From: Vicugna vicugna
Lineage: Eukaryota
Assembly: GCA_013265495.1 (NCBI GenBank)
Contig: MU057703.1
Location: 1 to 38,830 of the forward strand
Reading direction: 5' to 3'
DNA: 38,830 nt
Positions 24,401 through 32,178 of this stretch are shown piece after piece. The position numbers were made by a program, and so were the translations under genes. A model generated the notes under the pieces. It was given only the letters and a program-made list of their open reading frames with translations, was not told the DNA's origin and made no database searches. Every line of letters starts with the position of its first letter. Position 1 is the stretch's first letter.

Positions 24401-25047
24401 GGCAAGTGTTTATTTTCATACTGTGATTACAGAGAATGCTTAAGCCAATACTCTTGCTTAAAAGTGCTGTGTGTAAATATCACTTGCATTTTAGATATAA
24501 CATATAACATATGTTTTTCTTTTGTACACTTTTGCATATAGATTAATATATGGAGAATAATAATTTGATATTATATTGTATGTTTTAAAAATTATTTTGT
24601 TTATTGTTTTGTACCATAATACTCTATGAGATTATAAATCTCCATTTTGGACTTCTTTGCTTCTTTTTTCTCTTGGTCTTACATACCAATGATCACAAGT
24701 CCACATCAGAAGTTTATGGTAAAGGAGGAAATGTAAGGTGTAGGAAAAGAATAAACTATTTAGAAAACTTGCTAAATCACTTCGACAATTAGAATTTGAG
24801 CACTGATGTCAATTTATTTCAGCAGGTATTCAAAAAGTATTTCTTACCGATTTTCTTTCCTTTTAGGTACAACTATGATATGTTTCAGCTGGAAAATTCG
24901 TGCCTTTGCTGCCGAGAAGAAAACTACGAGTACAGAGAAATTAGCCTTGATTGTCCTGACGGCAGTGAAACAGTTTACAGATACAGGCACATCACCACCT
25001 GCTCCTGTGTAGACCCGTGCCAGTCTCAGACCTCGATAGTCAGTTAA
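398..25047 (+). CDS. MUC19: Mucin-19 (submaxillary apomucin orthologue), 3' portion, multi-exon, 5'-incomplete
   Basis: The spliced C-terminus reads [35 protein letters not shown]...[32 protein letters not shown]...[21 protein letters not shown]...[25 protein letters not shown]...[15 protein letters not shown]. It closely resembles the porcine/bovine submaxillary mucin C-terminus as I recall it. All exon phases are compatible. Upstream G/S/T exons carry GTT...PGSSNT and EATTS motifs. Confidence 0.95.
597..641 (+). CDS. MUC19: Candidate MUC19 exon ([15 protein letters not shown])
   Basis: Good pyrimidine tract, cttcag|gtgg...tcag|gtgtgg; 45 nt. Donor is weak and the 3' boundary is uncertain. 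Confidence 0.4.
865..915 (+). pseudogene. Fossil MUC19 exon ([17 protein letters not shown]), donor lost
   Basis: ttag|gtac...gcag|ATacaa; paralogue of exon 3940-3993, including downstream intron. Confidence 0.65.
1047..1100 (+). CDS. MUC19: MUC19 exon ([18 protein letters not shown])
   Basis: ccctcag|aggc...cctg|gtgaga; 54 nt, phase 1-1. Confidence 0.75.
1506..1550 (+). CDS. MUC19: MUC19 exon ([15 protein letters not shown])
   Basis: gtag|gtac...acag|gtaaac; 45 nt. Confidence 0.8.
1815..1868 (+). CDS. MUC19: MUC19 exon ([18 protein letters not shown])
   Basis: tttcag|gcac...acag|gtgagt; 54 nt; typical apomucin motif. Confidence 0.9.
2017..2070 (+). CDS. MUC19: MUC19 exon ([18 protein letters not shown])
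   Basis: cctcag|aggc...acag|gtgaga; 54 nt. Confidence 0.9.
2550..2603 (+). CDS. MUC19: MUC19 exon ([18 protein letters not shown])
   Basis: tttcag|gaac...acag|gttagg; 54 nt. Confidence 0.85.
2704..2757 (+). CDS. MUC19: MUC19 exon ([18 protein letters not shown])
   Basis: tctcag|aagc...ggag|gtgaga; 54 nt. Confidence 0.85.
2877..3296 (-). mobile_element. Solo ERV LTR, antisense in intron
   Basis: TGTT...AACA termini; flanks ATATT/ATATG form an imperfect 5-bp TSD; reverse complement aligns by eye to LTR 27174-27573. Confidence 0.8.
3662..3709 (+). pseudogene. Fossil MUC19 exon ([16 protein letters not shown]), both splice sites lost
   Basis: ccctcaCG|tgag...tcag|ATaac; 48 nt, same length and PGSE ending as exon 8905-8952. 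Confidence 0.55.
3940..3993 (+). CDS. MUC19: MUC19 exon ([18 protein letters not shown])
   Basis: ttttag|gcac...acag|gtaagt; 54 nt. Confidence 0.88.
4124..4168 (+). CDS. MUC19: MUC19 exon ([15 protein letters not shown])
   Basis: cctcag|aggc...acag|gtgaga; 45 nt. Confidence 0.88.
4655..4702 (+). CDS. MUC19: MUC19 exon ([16 protein letters not shown])
   Basis: cttcag|gagc...acag|gtaagc; 48 nt. Confidence 0.85.
4935..4988 (+). CDS. MUC19: MUC19 exon ([18 protein letters not shown])
   Basis: tttcag|gtac...actg|gtaatg; 54 nt. Confidence 0.75.
5090..5156 (+). pseudogene. Decayed EATTS-class exon ([12 protein letters not shown]...)
   Basis: Strong acceptor tttttccag|agg about 100 nt after exon 4935, the usual module spacing; no convincing donor and in-frame TAG at 5161. 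Confidence 0.4.
5366..5419 (+). CDS. MUC19: Candidate MUC19 exon ([18 protein letters not shown])
   Basis: tatag|gtgt...tcat|gtaaga; 54 nt; poor pyrimidine tract; ends in T rather than G. Confidence 0.45.
5578..5625 (+). pseudogene. Fossil MUC19 exon ([16 protein letters not shown]), both splice sites lost
   Basis: cattGG|gagc...acag|ATaaatgtga, versus intact paralogue cattAG|gagc...acag|GTaaatgtga at 8905-8952. Confidence 0.75.
6018..6071 (+). CDS. MUC19: MUC19 exon ([18 protein letters not shown])
   Basis: tttcag|gtac...acag|gtagct; 54 nt; donor fairly weak. Confidence 0.75.
6232..6285 (+). pseudogene. Fossil MUC19 exon ([18 protein letters not shown]), donor lost
   Basis: ttccag|aagc...atag|ATgagaat; paralogues have GTgagaat (1101, 4169). 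Confidence 0.75.
6342..6577 (+). mobile_element. Tigger2-family non-autonomous DNA transposon
   Basis: ta|CAGTTGACCCTTGAACAA start; inverted end ttgttcaaggg at 6560-6570. Confidence 0.85.
6804..6857 (+). CDS. MUC19: MUC19 exon ([18 protein letters not shown])
   Basis: ttttag|atgt...tcag|gtaaac; 54 nt; divergent composition. Confidence 0.6.
6997..7044 (+). CDS. MUC19: MUC19 exon ([16 protein letters not shown])
   Basis: tcttag|gagc...ttag|gtgact; 48 nt. Confidence 0.8.
   Translation, partial: ELPLEYQYMKELEAH
7287..7340 (+). CDS. MUC19: MUC19 exon ([18 protein letters not shown])
   Basis: ttgtag|gcac...acag|gtgagc; 54 nt. Confidence 0.88.
7501..7554 (+). CDS. MUC19: MUC19 exon ([18 protein letters not shown])
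   Basis: tcttag|aagc...acag|gtgggc; 54 nt. Confidence 0.88.
7601..7843 (-). mobile_element. MIR SINE
   Basis: 'gagcactaactatgtgccaggcactg...agatgagaaa...ggctcagaga...ttgcacaaggtcacacagc' is the MIR core in reverse orientation. Confidence 0.85.
7980..8015 (+). CDS. MUC19: MUC19 exon ([12 protein letters not shown])
   Basis: ttccag|gggg...atag|gtaagt; 36 nt. Confidence 0.7.
8332..8385 (+). CDS. MUC19: MUC19 exon ([18 protein letters not shown])
   Basis: tttcag|ttac...acag|gtgagt; 54 nt. Confidence 0.85.
8507..8560 (+). pseudogene. Fossil MUC19 exon ([18 protein letters not shown]), donor lost
   Basis: tcccag|aacc...actc|TTgagt; 54 nt, in the EATTS-class module position. Confidence 0.65.
8905..8952 (+). 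CDS. MUC19: MUC19 exon ([16 protein letters not shown])
   Basis: cattag|gagc...acag|gtaaat; 48 nt. Confidence 0.9.
9190..9243 (+). CDS. MUC19: MUC19 exon ([18 protein letters not shown])
   Basis: cttcag|gtac...acag|gtaaag; 54 nt. Confidence 0.9.
9397..9450 (+). CDS. MUC19: MUC19 exon ([18 protein letters not shown])
   Basis: atgcag|gggc...atag|gtgagc; 54 nt. Confidence 0.9.
   Translation, partial: GPPLLWEVVRPPRVELK
9773..9826 (+). CDS. MUC19: MUC19 exon ([18 protein letters not shown])
   Basis: tttcag|ttac...acaa|gtgagt; 54 nt. Confidence 0.9.
9962..10015 (+). CDS. MUC19: MUC19 exon ([18 protein letters not shown])
   Basis: tctcag|tggc...attg|gtgagt; 54 nt. Confidence 0.88.
10195..11356 (-). 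mobile_element. 5'-truncated, 5'-inverted L1
   Basis: About 10195-10970 is antisense L1 3'UTR plus ORF2 C-terminus (ORF 10742-10957: [26 protein letters not shown]). 10971-11356 is sense ORF2 ([14 protein letters not shown]). Confidence 0.92.
11437..11490 (+). pseudogene. MUC19 exon with broken acceptor ([18 protein letters not shown])
   Basis: tttttgcTG|gtac...cctg|gttagt; 54 nt, open frame, donor intact. Confidence 0.7.
11957..12010 (+). CDS. MUC19: Divergent MUC19 exon ([18 protein letters not shown])
   Basis: tttcag|attc...atga|gttagt; 54 nt; degenerate GTT..PGSSNT class, may be decaying. Confidence 0.5.
12165..12209 (+). pseudogene. Fossil MUC19 exon ([15 protein letters not shown]), donor lost
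   Basis: tcccag|ggac...acag|ATcggt; 45 nt. Confidence 0.6.
12466..12519 (+). pseudogene. Fossil MUC19 exon ([18 protein letters not shown]), acceptor lost
   Basis: cttcatTG|gtac...ccag|gtaaat; 54 nt. Confidence 0.6.
12890..13540 (-). mobile_element. L2 LINE fragment
   Basis: Purine-rich; 'gtgaggtcagattttaacaatttgagttt...ctggaga...tttgtcagtca' resembles the L2 antisense consensus. Confidence 0.65.
14048..14101 (+). CDS. MUC19: MUC19 exon ([18 protein letters not shown]), GC donor
   Basis: ttacag|gtac...acag|GCaagt; 54 nt; optimal GC-AG donor context. Confidence 0.8.
14219..14272 (+). CDS. MUC19: MUC19 exon ([18 protein letters not shown])
   Basis: ttgcag|gtac...ccag|gtaatg; 54 nt. Confidence 0.88.
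14390..14673 (-). mobile_element. Truncated ERV1 LTR (MER67-like)
   Basis: 'tgtaaaagaaaaatt...ttttaagtgctggggtgaac...cccacagagac' resembles the recalled MER67 antisense sequence; cut off by L1. Confidence 0.6.
14674..15640 (-). mobile_element. 5'-truncated, 5'-inverted L1
   Basis: Poly-T and antisense 3' end to 15352, then sense ORF2 15353-15640 (aaagacttaaatgtaagacctgaaa...aaacttaaaagcttttgc). Confidence 0.9.
15967..16020 (+). CDS. MUC19: MUC19 exon ([18 protein letters not shown])
   Basis: ttttag|gtcc...acag|gtaagt; 54 nt. Confidence 0.92.
16144..16196 (+). pseudogene. Fossil MUC19 exon with apparent 1-nt deletion and lost donor
   Basis: ctcttag|tggt...acag|ATgaat; 53 nt; 3' half reads GSSGTSMQT in a shifted frame. 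Confidence 0.6.
16508..16552 (+). CDS. MUC19: MUC19 exon ([15 protein letters not shown])
   Basis: ctgcag|cctc...ccag|gtaaaa; 45 nt. Confidence 0.85.
16724..16771 (+). other. MUC19: MUC19 linker exon ([16 protein letters not shown]) with non-canonical AT donor
   Basis: ccccag|aaac...acag|ATcagt; 48 nt; peptide matches the segment just before the Cys-rich region in recalled apomucins. Confidence 0.8.
16800..17370 (-). mobile_element. L2 LINE 3' fragment
   Basis: 'ttctatgtgctagactctgtg...catcagagaagagatgattgag...aaggattttatgaagaga...atgatcagat' resembles L2 antisense. Confidence 0.6.
18287..18316 (+). CDS. MUC19: MUC19 exon ([10 protein letters not shown])
   Basis: acacag|ggtg...ccag|gtaaga; 30 nt, phase 1-1. 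Confidence 0.92.
18720..19935 (-). mobile_element. L2 LINE fragment
   Basis: 'aatcaagatgacgtccaagttttaagctt...gttttgtgcacactgaggttgaggt...gtctggactggag' resembles L2 antisense. Confidence 0.65.
20186..20217 (+). CDS. MUC19: MUC19 exon, VWC start ([11 protein letters not shown])
   Basis: aaacag|tttg...gtct|gtaagt; 32 nt, phase 1-0. Confidence 0.93.
20302..20464 (+). CDS. MUC19: MUC19 exon, VWC domain ([14 protein letters not shown]...DTCCEIGYC)
   Basis: ttgtag|cctg...tgtg|gtgtgt; 163 nt, phase 0-1; W-x3-C-x2-C-x-C and CC motifs. Confidence 0.95.
20817..20854 (+). CDS. MUC19: MUC19 exon ([13 protein letters not shown])
   Basis: tttcag|aacc...tgag|gtaagg; 38 nt, phase 1-0. Confidence 0.93.
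21387..21697 (+). mobile_element. Short L1 3' end with extra downstream sequence, bounded by a 16-bp TSD
   Basis: L1 3'UTR end (aaacaacaaggtcctactgta...ttgtaaactgactatacttca) plus A10; TSD AAAAAATCTAAATCTA at 21371-21386 and 21698-21713. Confidence 0.88.
22357..22467 (+). CDS. MUC19: MUC19 exon ([37 protein letters not shown])
   Basis: tcccag|gttg...agag|gtaagt; 111 nt, phase 0-0. Confidence 0.95.
23376..23415 (+). CDS. MUC19: MUC19 exon ([13 protein letters not shown])
   Basis: ctatag|gaag...acat|gtaagt; 40 nt, phase 0-1. Confidence 0.94.
23787..23879. repeat. CT-rich low-complexity tract
   Basis: About 90 nt of almost pure pyrimidines on the + strand. Confidence 0.8.
23885..24040 (-). 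mobile_element. MIR SINE fragment
   Basis: 'ttcacagttaaggaaactgagacttag' is the MIR core in antisense. Confidence 0.65.
24084..24192 (+). CDS. MUC19: MUC19 exon, cystine-knot N-half ([37 protein letters not shown])
   Basis: ttttag|gtaa...tcac|gtaagt; 109 nt, phase 1-2; CxGxC motif. Confidence 0.95.
24867..25047 (+). CDS. MUC19: MUC19 last coding exon, cystine-knot C-half to stop
   Basis: ttttag|gtac; [32 protein letters not shown]...[15 protein letters not shown], then TAA; CLCC and CSC motifs. Confidence 0.96.
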
Positions 25048-25205
25048 CAACAGCGTTACCTTTCCAGTTGTAACAGGCTGGGCATTTATTTTATAAGTGA
25101 CTAAGAATAATCACCAAATCGTGATAGTAACGAGACACTGGCATCTCACTCAGAAAATGGGCTGTCATTATAAGGCATTTTGTTCTCCTGTCTGCTGGAT
25201 CCAAA

Positions 25206-25215
25206 AATAAATAAA
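25206..25215 (+). terminator. Polyadenylation signal of MUC19 (overlapping AATAAA x2)
   Basis: AATAAATAAA about 160 nt after the stop, followed by GT/T-rich 'tgtatttatttggt' near 25249. Confidence 0.8.
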
Positions 25216-25539
25216 CAAGTACAACTTTGCACGCAATTAGTGAGCACATGTATTTATTTGGTAGCAATGAGAATTCTGCAGGTCGAGGAGAAACTGATTC
25301 ATATCATGGCTCTCCAGTATACTCTCTGTGTGGGTGAGGCCATCATCCTCTTTTGTCCCTTCACTTCAGTGCTAAGTTTATGAAAATGTACATTTTGTTC
25401 TCTTTTTCCACTTTTCACGCCAGTTGCATCATCCCTTCTGTTTTACGACAGCACCCCCCGCCCTTCCTTAGGACACCCGTGGCCTTCTTATAATTCTTTT
25501 ATAGGATCTAATATCATTTTCATTCTCTTCCTTTCTTGC

Positions 25540-25990
25540 AACATTTTTCTCTTGCTATTTCTGTGACGTCATTTTTTAAAAATTAGCGCTCCTACATTTT
25601 GTGGACACCTCCACTTTTGCCAGACCTATAAGTCTGTTCTCCAAAGTTGTACCTTGTTCCTTCTTCTCATTTTACTGTGGCTCCTTGGACAATTTCATCA
25701 ACATAAGTAGATGTGTTTATACACTGAGGATTTCCAGTATATCTCCAGCCCCAATCTCTTCTCTGAGTTACAGACACATTGATACAGCTCTGAATTTACA
25801 ACTCTAACCGGACAGTCTGTAAACACCACAATTTCAGCAAGACCAAAACTAAACTAAATGTCACTCTCCCTAGCTTGGTCCTCTGCTTGTATCTTGCATA
25901 CCACTAAGGTGGTTAGCTAGAAGAAGTGGAGGTTCAGTGTCATGACTGTCATCCTCAGTACATTCTACCACTTTGCTGCCTCATACACAC
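25540..25990 (+). mobile_element. L2 LINE fragment
   Basis: 'tatatctccagccccaatctcttctctgagttacagac...caagaccaaaactaaact' resembles L2 sense. Confidence 0.65.
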
Positions 25991-27173
25991 AGCTTTCTTT
26001 CCTATACATGTATTTCCAAATGTGTCTTGCACAACGTTGTTTCCATATGTAGAATATGTAAACTAACACTTTAATTCCCTTCCCAAACCCAATTTATCAT
26101 AACTCGTTTATGTACTACTCACCTTTTTGTGTGACTTGGAATATCGGTAAATTTAACCATCATCAAACACTAAATGCCTAATGGCAGGGGAAGAAAATTG
26201 GCATGTTAGTATATTGGCTACTGCCAACAAAAGGTGAATAATAACTAAATACAGGTGGATATTACAGAACCTCACTTTCAAATTTGATCTCAAGGCCTGT
26301 GACTTTCCTCCACGTCTCGTCACTTGTTCCAGCTTTTTCTTCTTATAAGTCTATACCAGAGATAGTCAGTTGGCAAAATTATCAGGGAGTTAAGCTCTTA
26401 AAAATTTGAATGGATGATGATTTTCAATACCTTTTACCCCAGGGAATGATAAAACACAGAGTCAAACATACACCGACATCTCAAGCTCTACTGTGGGCAA
26501 TAACTCTGTTTTCCCTTGGTAGAATTAATCATCCCAGACAATATAATGACAGCCTTTTCTGCTTCGGAAGGCTGCTCTGGAGTCACAAAAGACCCAAAAT
26601 GGCTGGCAGGGACTTTTCAGCAAATGGGAGAGAACGCGTTGATTTGTGACTCATCTAACGTAGCTCACGGTGTCATCCGCACACCAACCTCGCCAGTTAG
26701 TATCCCTCAGCTGGTGTCAGAGGGGAGTTCTCAACAGGCCAGTCTTTAAGGTTTACCATCCATGAATGATAAGGCAAGGAAATACCATTGATGTTATATG
26801 TACTTACAGCCTTTCTGTTTTTCATTTGGAAACAATTTTTTTTTGGTTGGAAGGAATGCTATGCATCATTTCGTGGTAGTGAATAGAATATGCAATAGCA
26901 GTGCTTCCTAAGGCATATTAAACACAAAAAGAAAATCCAAATAAAAAACTGGTTATATCTGAGAAAACAAGCACCGTCCTCTTCCCATCAAAAAGGGATC
27001 AAAGTTGTCCACTTGTTACCAGACTGGCGCCCTATGGCGATGCCACAAAAGAAGATTACTTTACTGTTGGCGTTGTGGTGTGTAAACTGGCTTTAGTGGA
27101 GGAAATTTAGGCTTCTGAACTCGTGCATCACCTCCATTCCTGCCACAGTTGACACCTTATTCATGAACCTCAT

Positions 27174-27573
27174 TGTTGAAGGAGGTCATCAAGAGGGTGT
27201 GACCGCCAGTTGACCTCTGGATGGACTTGGGCAATTGAACGCTCCTTGCCCTCTTCCCTGTACTTAGGGTGTGTGTTCCACTTGCCTTCCCTTCACTAGA
27301 TGCTACCGCAAGGACACAAGCTTGACATAGTAAGGTATTATTGGGGTCCTCTGGATGGTATATGTGATCGAATCCAGTTAAGGCTACTATATAAGCTTTT
27401 TAAGATTCTGGCAGGTGGGTACAGTGATCCACTTGTCTTGCATCACCCAAGACAAACCTTGTAAGTAAGGTCCTTTGCTAATTAAAACTTGCCACCTACC
27501 AATCTGCAGTGGTCAGCCTCTTTCTTCAGTCTTTCCTTGCCCTCTGTGTACAGGGCCAATTTACAAACTAACA
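27174..27573 (+). mobile_element. Solo ERV LTR, 400 bp, perfect 5-bp TSD
   Basis: CTCAT|TGTTGAA...CTAACA|CTCAT; TATATAA near 27388 and ATTAAA at 27481. Confidence 0.88.
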
Positions 27574-27776
27574 CTCATTTAGCAGCTACTAGACAGAATA
27601 AGAAAAAAGACTTATTGAAAACCCCAAACTGTGACAGCCACAATTCACACACGCTACTTATATTGATTCCAAACCAATATTTGGAAACAAAGTTCAGGGG
27701 CTCATACTGCTTCATTCCATAACAGAAACATCTAGAAGAGCAGCTGAAATTTCAGTCATCATCAAATTAAGCTTAT

Positions 27777-28251
27777 TGTGAGGGATACTGTGATGCGCTG
27801 CCCAGATTCCCCTTCAAAAGGAAAGGACTTACTTCCCCAGATTTTGAGAGGTCTACCAGAAGGCTAATTACAGCTGAAACACAGTCTTCTGGCACCACTC
27901 AAAAAAGCCCAGATCACCTGGATCTTTCAGTCTCCTTCAGGGATTGCCTAAGGTAAATGAAGCCCCGTCCTTCAGGGTAATGTCCCATTTCTGGGGAAAA
28001 GAGAAGCATACAATGACTGATGAGGGGCGGTAGAAAGGTTTGGACCCCTCAGCTCAACTTGCATCTTAAGAATGCCCAAGGAGGTGATTGAGCCTTCTGT
28101 CGAAGACACAATGGCTTGACTTCTCCCTCTACCCAACCTTGCTTTCTAGCTTCCCTTTCCCCAATTTGGACTCCAAGAGCATTTCTTAATGAATTTGCTG
28201 TGTGTTAATACCCATCTCAGAGTCTGCTCATAGGGAACCCAATGTGCATTA
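27777..28251 (+). mobile_element. LTR16C-like ERVL solo LTR
   Basis: 'ggatactgtgatgcgctgcccagattcccc...catctcagagtctgctcatagggaacccaa' matches the recalled LTR16 consensus. Confidence 0.8.
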
Positions 28252-28549
28252 CTTACGGGAAGTTGGCATCATTCTCTAGGGCCCGTCAGTTGTTTGCGAT
28301 ATTCAGGCTTGAGAACTGAATGGGGGAAGAATGCAGAAATGGGTCTACCGCTCTCTCATCTTTGATGACAGTTTTGAAATGAGCTAAATGTGCAAATCCT
28401 CCACCATTGCCTCTATCTCTCTTTTTCTCCTTTTCCTTTCCTGTATGTAATAAGAAATTTTCCTATATGCCAATGAGACCGTTTTAATAGCTTTAAAAGA
28501 CAAATGGTCCTACCATAAAATTAATGAGAGGAAAGAAAGTTAATAATTA

Positions 28550-29250
28550 GTATGATATGAGTCACAGGGATTTAAAATCCAAAACATATAAACAGCTCAT
28601 AAAGTTCAATAACCAAAAAACCAAACACCATGATTATGAAAACCTGAATAGATATTTTCCCAAAGAATATGTACAGATGACCAACAGGCACATGAAAGGG
28701 TGCTCAGCAGTGTTAATCATCAGAGAAATATAAATGAAATCCACAATGAGATATCACCTCACACCTGCCAGAATGGCTATCACAGAAACAAATGTGGGAC
28801 AGATGTGGAGAAAAGGGGAACCCTTGTGCAGTTAGTGGGAATGTAAATTGGTGCAGCCACTGTAAAACCATATGAGGTTCTTGAAAAAACCAAACATAGC
28901 ACTACCATATGTTCCAGCAATTCTACTCCTGTGTATCTGTGTATACAAAATCCAAAGGAAACAAAAATATTATTTTGAAAGATATGTGCACCCCAACACT
29001 CATAGGATCATTATTTACAATAGTGAAGATATGAAAGAAACCTAAGTATCCATCAACAGACAAATGTAGAAAAGCAGATATGATACATATATAGATATAT
29101 AGATATATACATATACACACAATGGATTACTTAGCCATAAGAATAATTAAGTTTTGCCATTAGCAACATGGTTGGACTTGGAGAGTATTAAGCTTTGTGA
29201 AATAAATCGGACAGAGAAAAACCATATGATACAACTTATATGTGGAATTC
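28550..29250 (+). mobile_element. L1 fragment (ORF2 C-terminus and start of 3'UTR)
   Basis: 'ccacaatgagatatcacctcacacctgccagaatggct...gggaatgtaaattggtgcagccact'. Confidence 0.9.
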
Positions 29251-29817
29251 ATATGGCAGAGGATTTTAAAATTGATTATCTCATACCATTTTTAGGAAGA
29301 TGACTATCTTCTATGACTATGATTATCAGAGGCACATCCAAGAAATAATCTAAATTAACTTTTGCTTATGTTCACGAAATAAGCTAGATTTAGTTTTGTT
29401 ACCTGGCTTAAATGGCTTTATGTGCTTAGGAAACTTTTACATTCCATTTTGTTTTTAATTTTAACAGTATGAAACCTGAAGCTAATCAAGCATCTAAGTC
29501 TGACCACCAGTTGTAGGAACATGCTAAGTGATACTGTGATGATAATCAAAGCAAGGAATAATGACCCAATTTCTTCAGCAAATAGAATTATAAAGAAGGA
29601 GAAAGAACTATAAAGAGAAAGAAAGAATTATAATGGAGAAGTCTCTTAGAAGAGACTTAGGAATTGTATGAATTAAACGCAATGCATGAATGTGGTTTGG
29701 ATCCTGACTGGAACAGGTTAATCATAACAAGACATTTTTGAGACAGGAAAAACAACGTCTTGTGTCATAAGTGATATTAAGGAATTGACATTAATGTCAT
29801 TGGTTGCAATGATGGTA

Positions 29818-30122
29818 CAGTTGGCCCTCCATATCCACAGCTTCTGCATCTGCAGATTCAACTTGGATGGGAAACATTAAAAAAGATCCAGAAATTTCCA
29901 AAAAGCAAAATTTGAATTTGCCATGTGCCAGCAGCTATTTATATGGCATTTACATTGCATTAGTTATTTTAAGTATTCTAGAGATGATTTAAAGTATACA
30001 GGAGGCTGTGCGTAGATTCATACAAATACTACAACATGTTATATAAGGGATTTGAGCATCCAAGAATTTTAGTATTTACAGGGGTCCTGGAACCAATCCT
30101 CCAGAGAAATAGAGGGTAACTT
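29818..30122 (-). mobile_element. MER2-like Tigger DNA transposon
   Basis: ta|cagttggccctccatatcc ... ggggtcctggaaccaatcctcc...gagggtaact; degenerate TIRs. Confidence 0.85.
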
Positions 30123-30162
30123 TATTGTGATTTTATTTTCTTTTTAATCCTTGTCTGTTTTT

Positions 30163-30210
30163 TATATATATTATATATATATATATATATATAGTATATA
30201 TATATATATA
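30163..30210. repeat. Interrupted (TA)n microsatellite
   Basis: Directly visible. Confidence 0.9.
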
Positions 30211-32178
30211 CTCGAGTATTTACTGGTGAAACGATATGGTGTCTCTGCTTTAAAATCTCCAGGTTAAAAAAAAAGCGATTGATATTCTTGGGGGTTTCTT
30301 CTGTCACCTGCTAGATGGAATTTGGCAAAAGGGATTCTCTAGACACAGCAAGGCATAAAGGGATTCGTGTCTGGCTTTGACTACATAAAGCTTTGAAGTA
30401 AAATTCACTTCTATTTCAGAGAAATACCCAGACTGTGACTGTCCCCTCTTTATAGGAAAGTAATATGAGCTTCTCAGCATTACTCTGTTCATTTCATACT
30501 TTGAAATATCACAATTACTACTGCAAACTTGAAGGGAATAAAAGACCCAAGATGACATGAAGCAAGTCCACACATGACGGAACATGCACTCCCACAGTGT
30601 GACAGTAGCTCATAGTGTGTGTAGACAACCAACTCCGACCACGTTATTGCCTTGACCGCCCTTCAGTGCTGTAAAGTTGTGTTCTGTTGTCCTGACCGTG
30701 CCCTCTGATATATTCACATGTCAAAAGTTCTTGCATAGTTCAATAAAAATGGGATCTATTTTTGGTGCCAGGGTGGGAGTTTCACTGTCTGACATTGCCA
30801 TTATATTATGAGTATTCAATTAATTTACATAGAACAAAAATAAATAGCATGCCAGTGGGGTTTGAGGCACGTGATTTGAGCACCCCAAGGTCATTTAACT
30901 GCACCTGTTTTGGTAAATATTCCAATGGTGGAGGTACTTTTATATAATGTCGATTATCCCTTCACCAAAATATTGAAGAGAAATGAGCCATGGGACAGGG
31001 TCAAAGCTCAAAAAAATTCCTTTGGGATAGCCTGGAGACTATTTCTTTTAACATTCATAAGTATCTTGGAAGTTAATTATCTGTGATACAACATAATAAT
31101 CAGGTAAGCCCTTTAGGTAGAGGAAGTGGTTAAGTCTTGGTATATTCATACTAAATTACTGGTATTGTCGGTCAATATGGTCAAAGAAGTGTAGTTTCAT
31201 ATAATCCCATGTGATGATTAAACCTATCCCTGCTATTGGAGAGACTTATTTTTCTATTATTTTCAAATTTTTTGGAGAGAAACCTAAATTACTGTTGTGT
31301 ACATGAAGCCTTTAGTAACTCATTCTCTTTTTGGACTTGAATTTAGTCTCAATCTTTTTGCAACAAAATTGTTGACAAGAACTTTCAATAGAAAGATAAA
31401 CACCTTATACTGTGGTTTGAACAAGGTAAGATGTGAAAAGAAATAAGGGACAAAACCTGATGAAATAAAAGTTCATATTTTAAAGAAAGGCAAGAAAAAT
31501 TTAAACATATTTTTTTTCTCTGCCCATTTGCCCTCCTCCCTCCCCTCATGTGCCTTGTGCATCTGCATTATGTGTTCACCAGACCTTCCCAATGGCAGAA
31601 ATACCTGCTCAACCATAATGAACAGTTTTTGTTTTTCTTTTCTGGCACCAGCCATTTTACTCCTTAGAAGATAATTCCTTTCTCGATCTTGTAAGGGGTC
31701 ACAATGAGCCATCACTCACCTTGGATGTTCAGACGTCTTTGTTGAACTGTTTGTACAACGCCAGTATATCATTTCTGTTAAAGATAGTGGTTGGTGCAGA
31801 ACATACTGGTCAGATGGCCAGGGGAGATACTGGGCCACACCTAGTGAAAGTTCTTGGCTTAAATACTTATGGCCTTACTTATTACTGACACTAGATATAT
31901 TACTCAAATTCTGACTATTTCACAAGATTATTATTTCTTGCATTACCAAATGTGTGACTGAGCCTCAGATCAAAATAATGATGACTTGAGATAAATGACG
32001 AAATACATAGTTCTGTAAGATCAGTGATTGTAATAGCGTAATAGTGTAACTCTAGATATGGGAAGAAGCAAAAAAGGGAACCATTTCCTGGACCATCACA
32101 GGCAAGTAAGACAAACTGTCTAAAGGCTTTTGACTATTGTTAACAGGGCCTAGATTAGTAATTGCACATTGAGTGGCT

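Larger units (their letters stand above)
29550..30280 (+). mobile_element. Old L1M 3'UTR fragment interrupted by MER2 and (TA)n
   Basis: 'aagagacttag...tttggatcctga...gatattaaggaatt...gatatggtgtctctgctttaaaat'; approximate. Confidence 0.55.

Noticed and set aside
24806..25050. Alternative-frame and antisense ORFs over the last exon
   Set aside because: Shadows of the cystine-knot coding frame.
26647..26653. AP-1 site TGACTCA downstream of the gene
   Set aside because: A single 7-mer is expected by chance in 39 kb; no supporting context.
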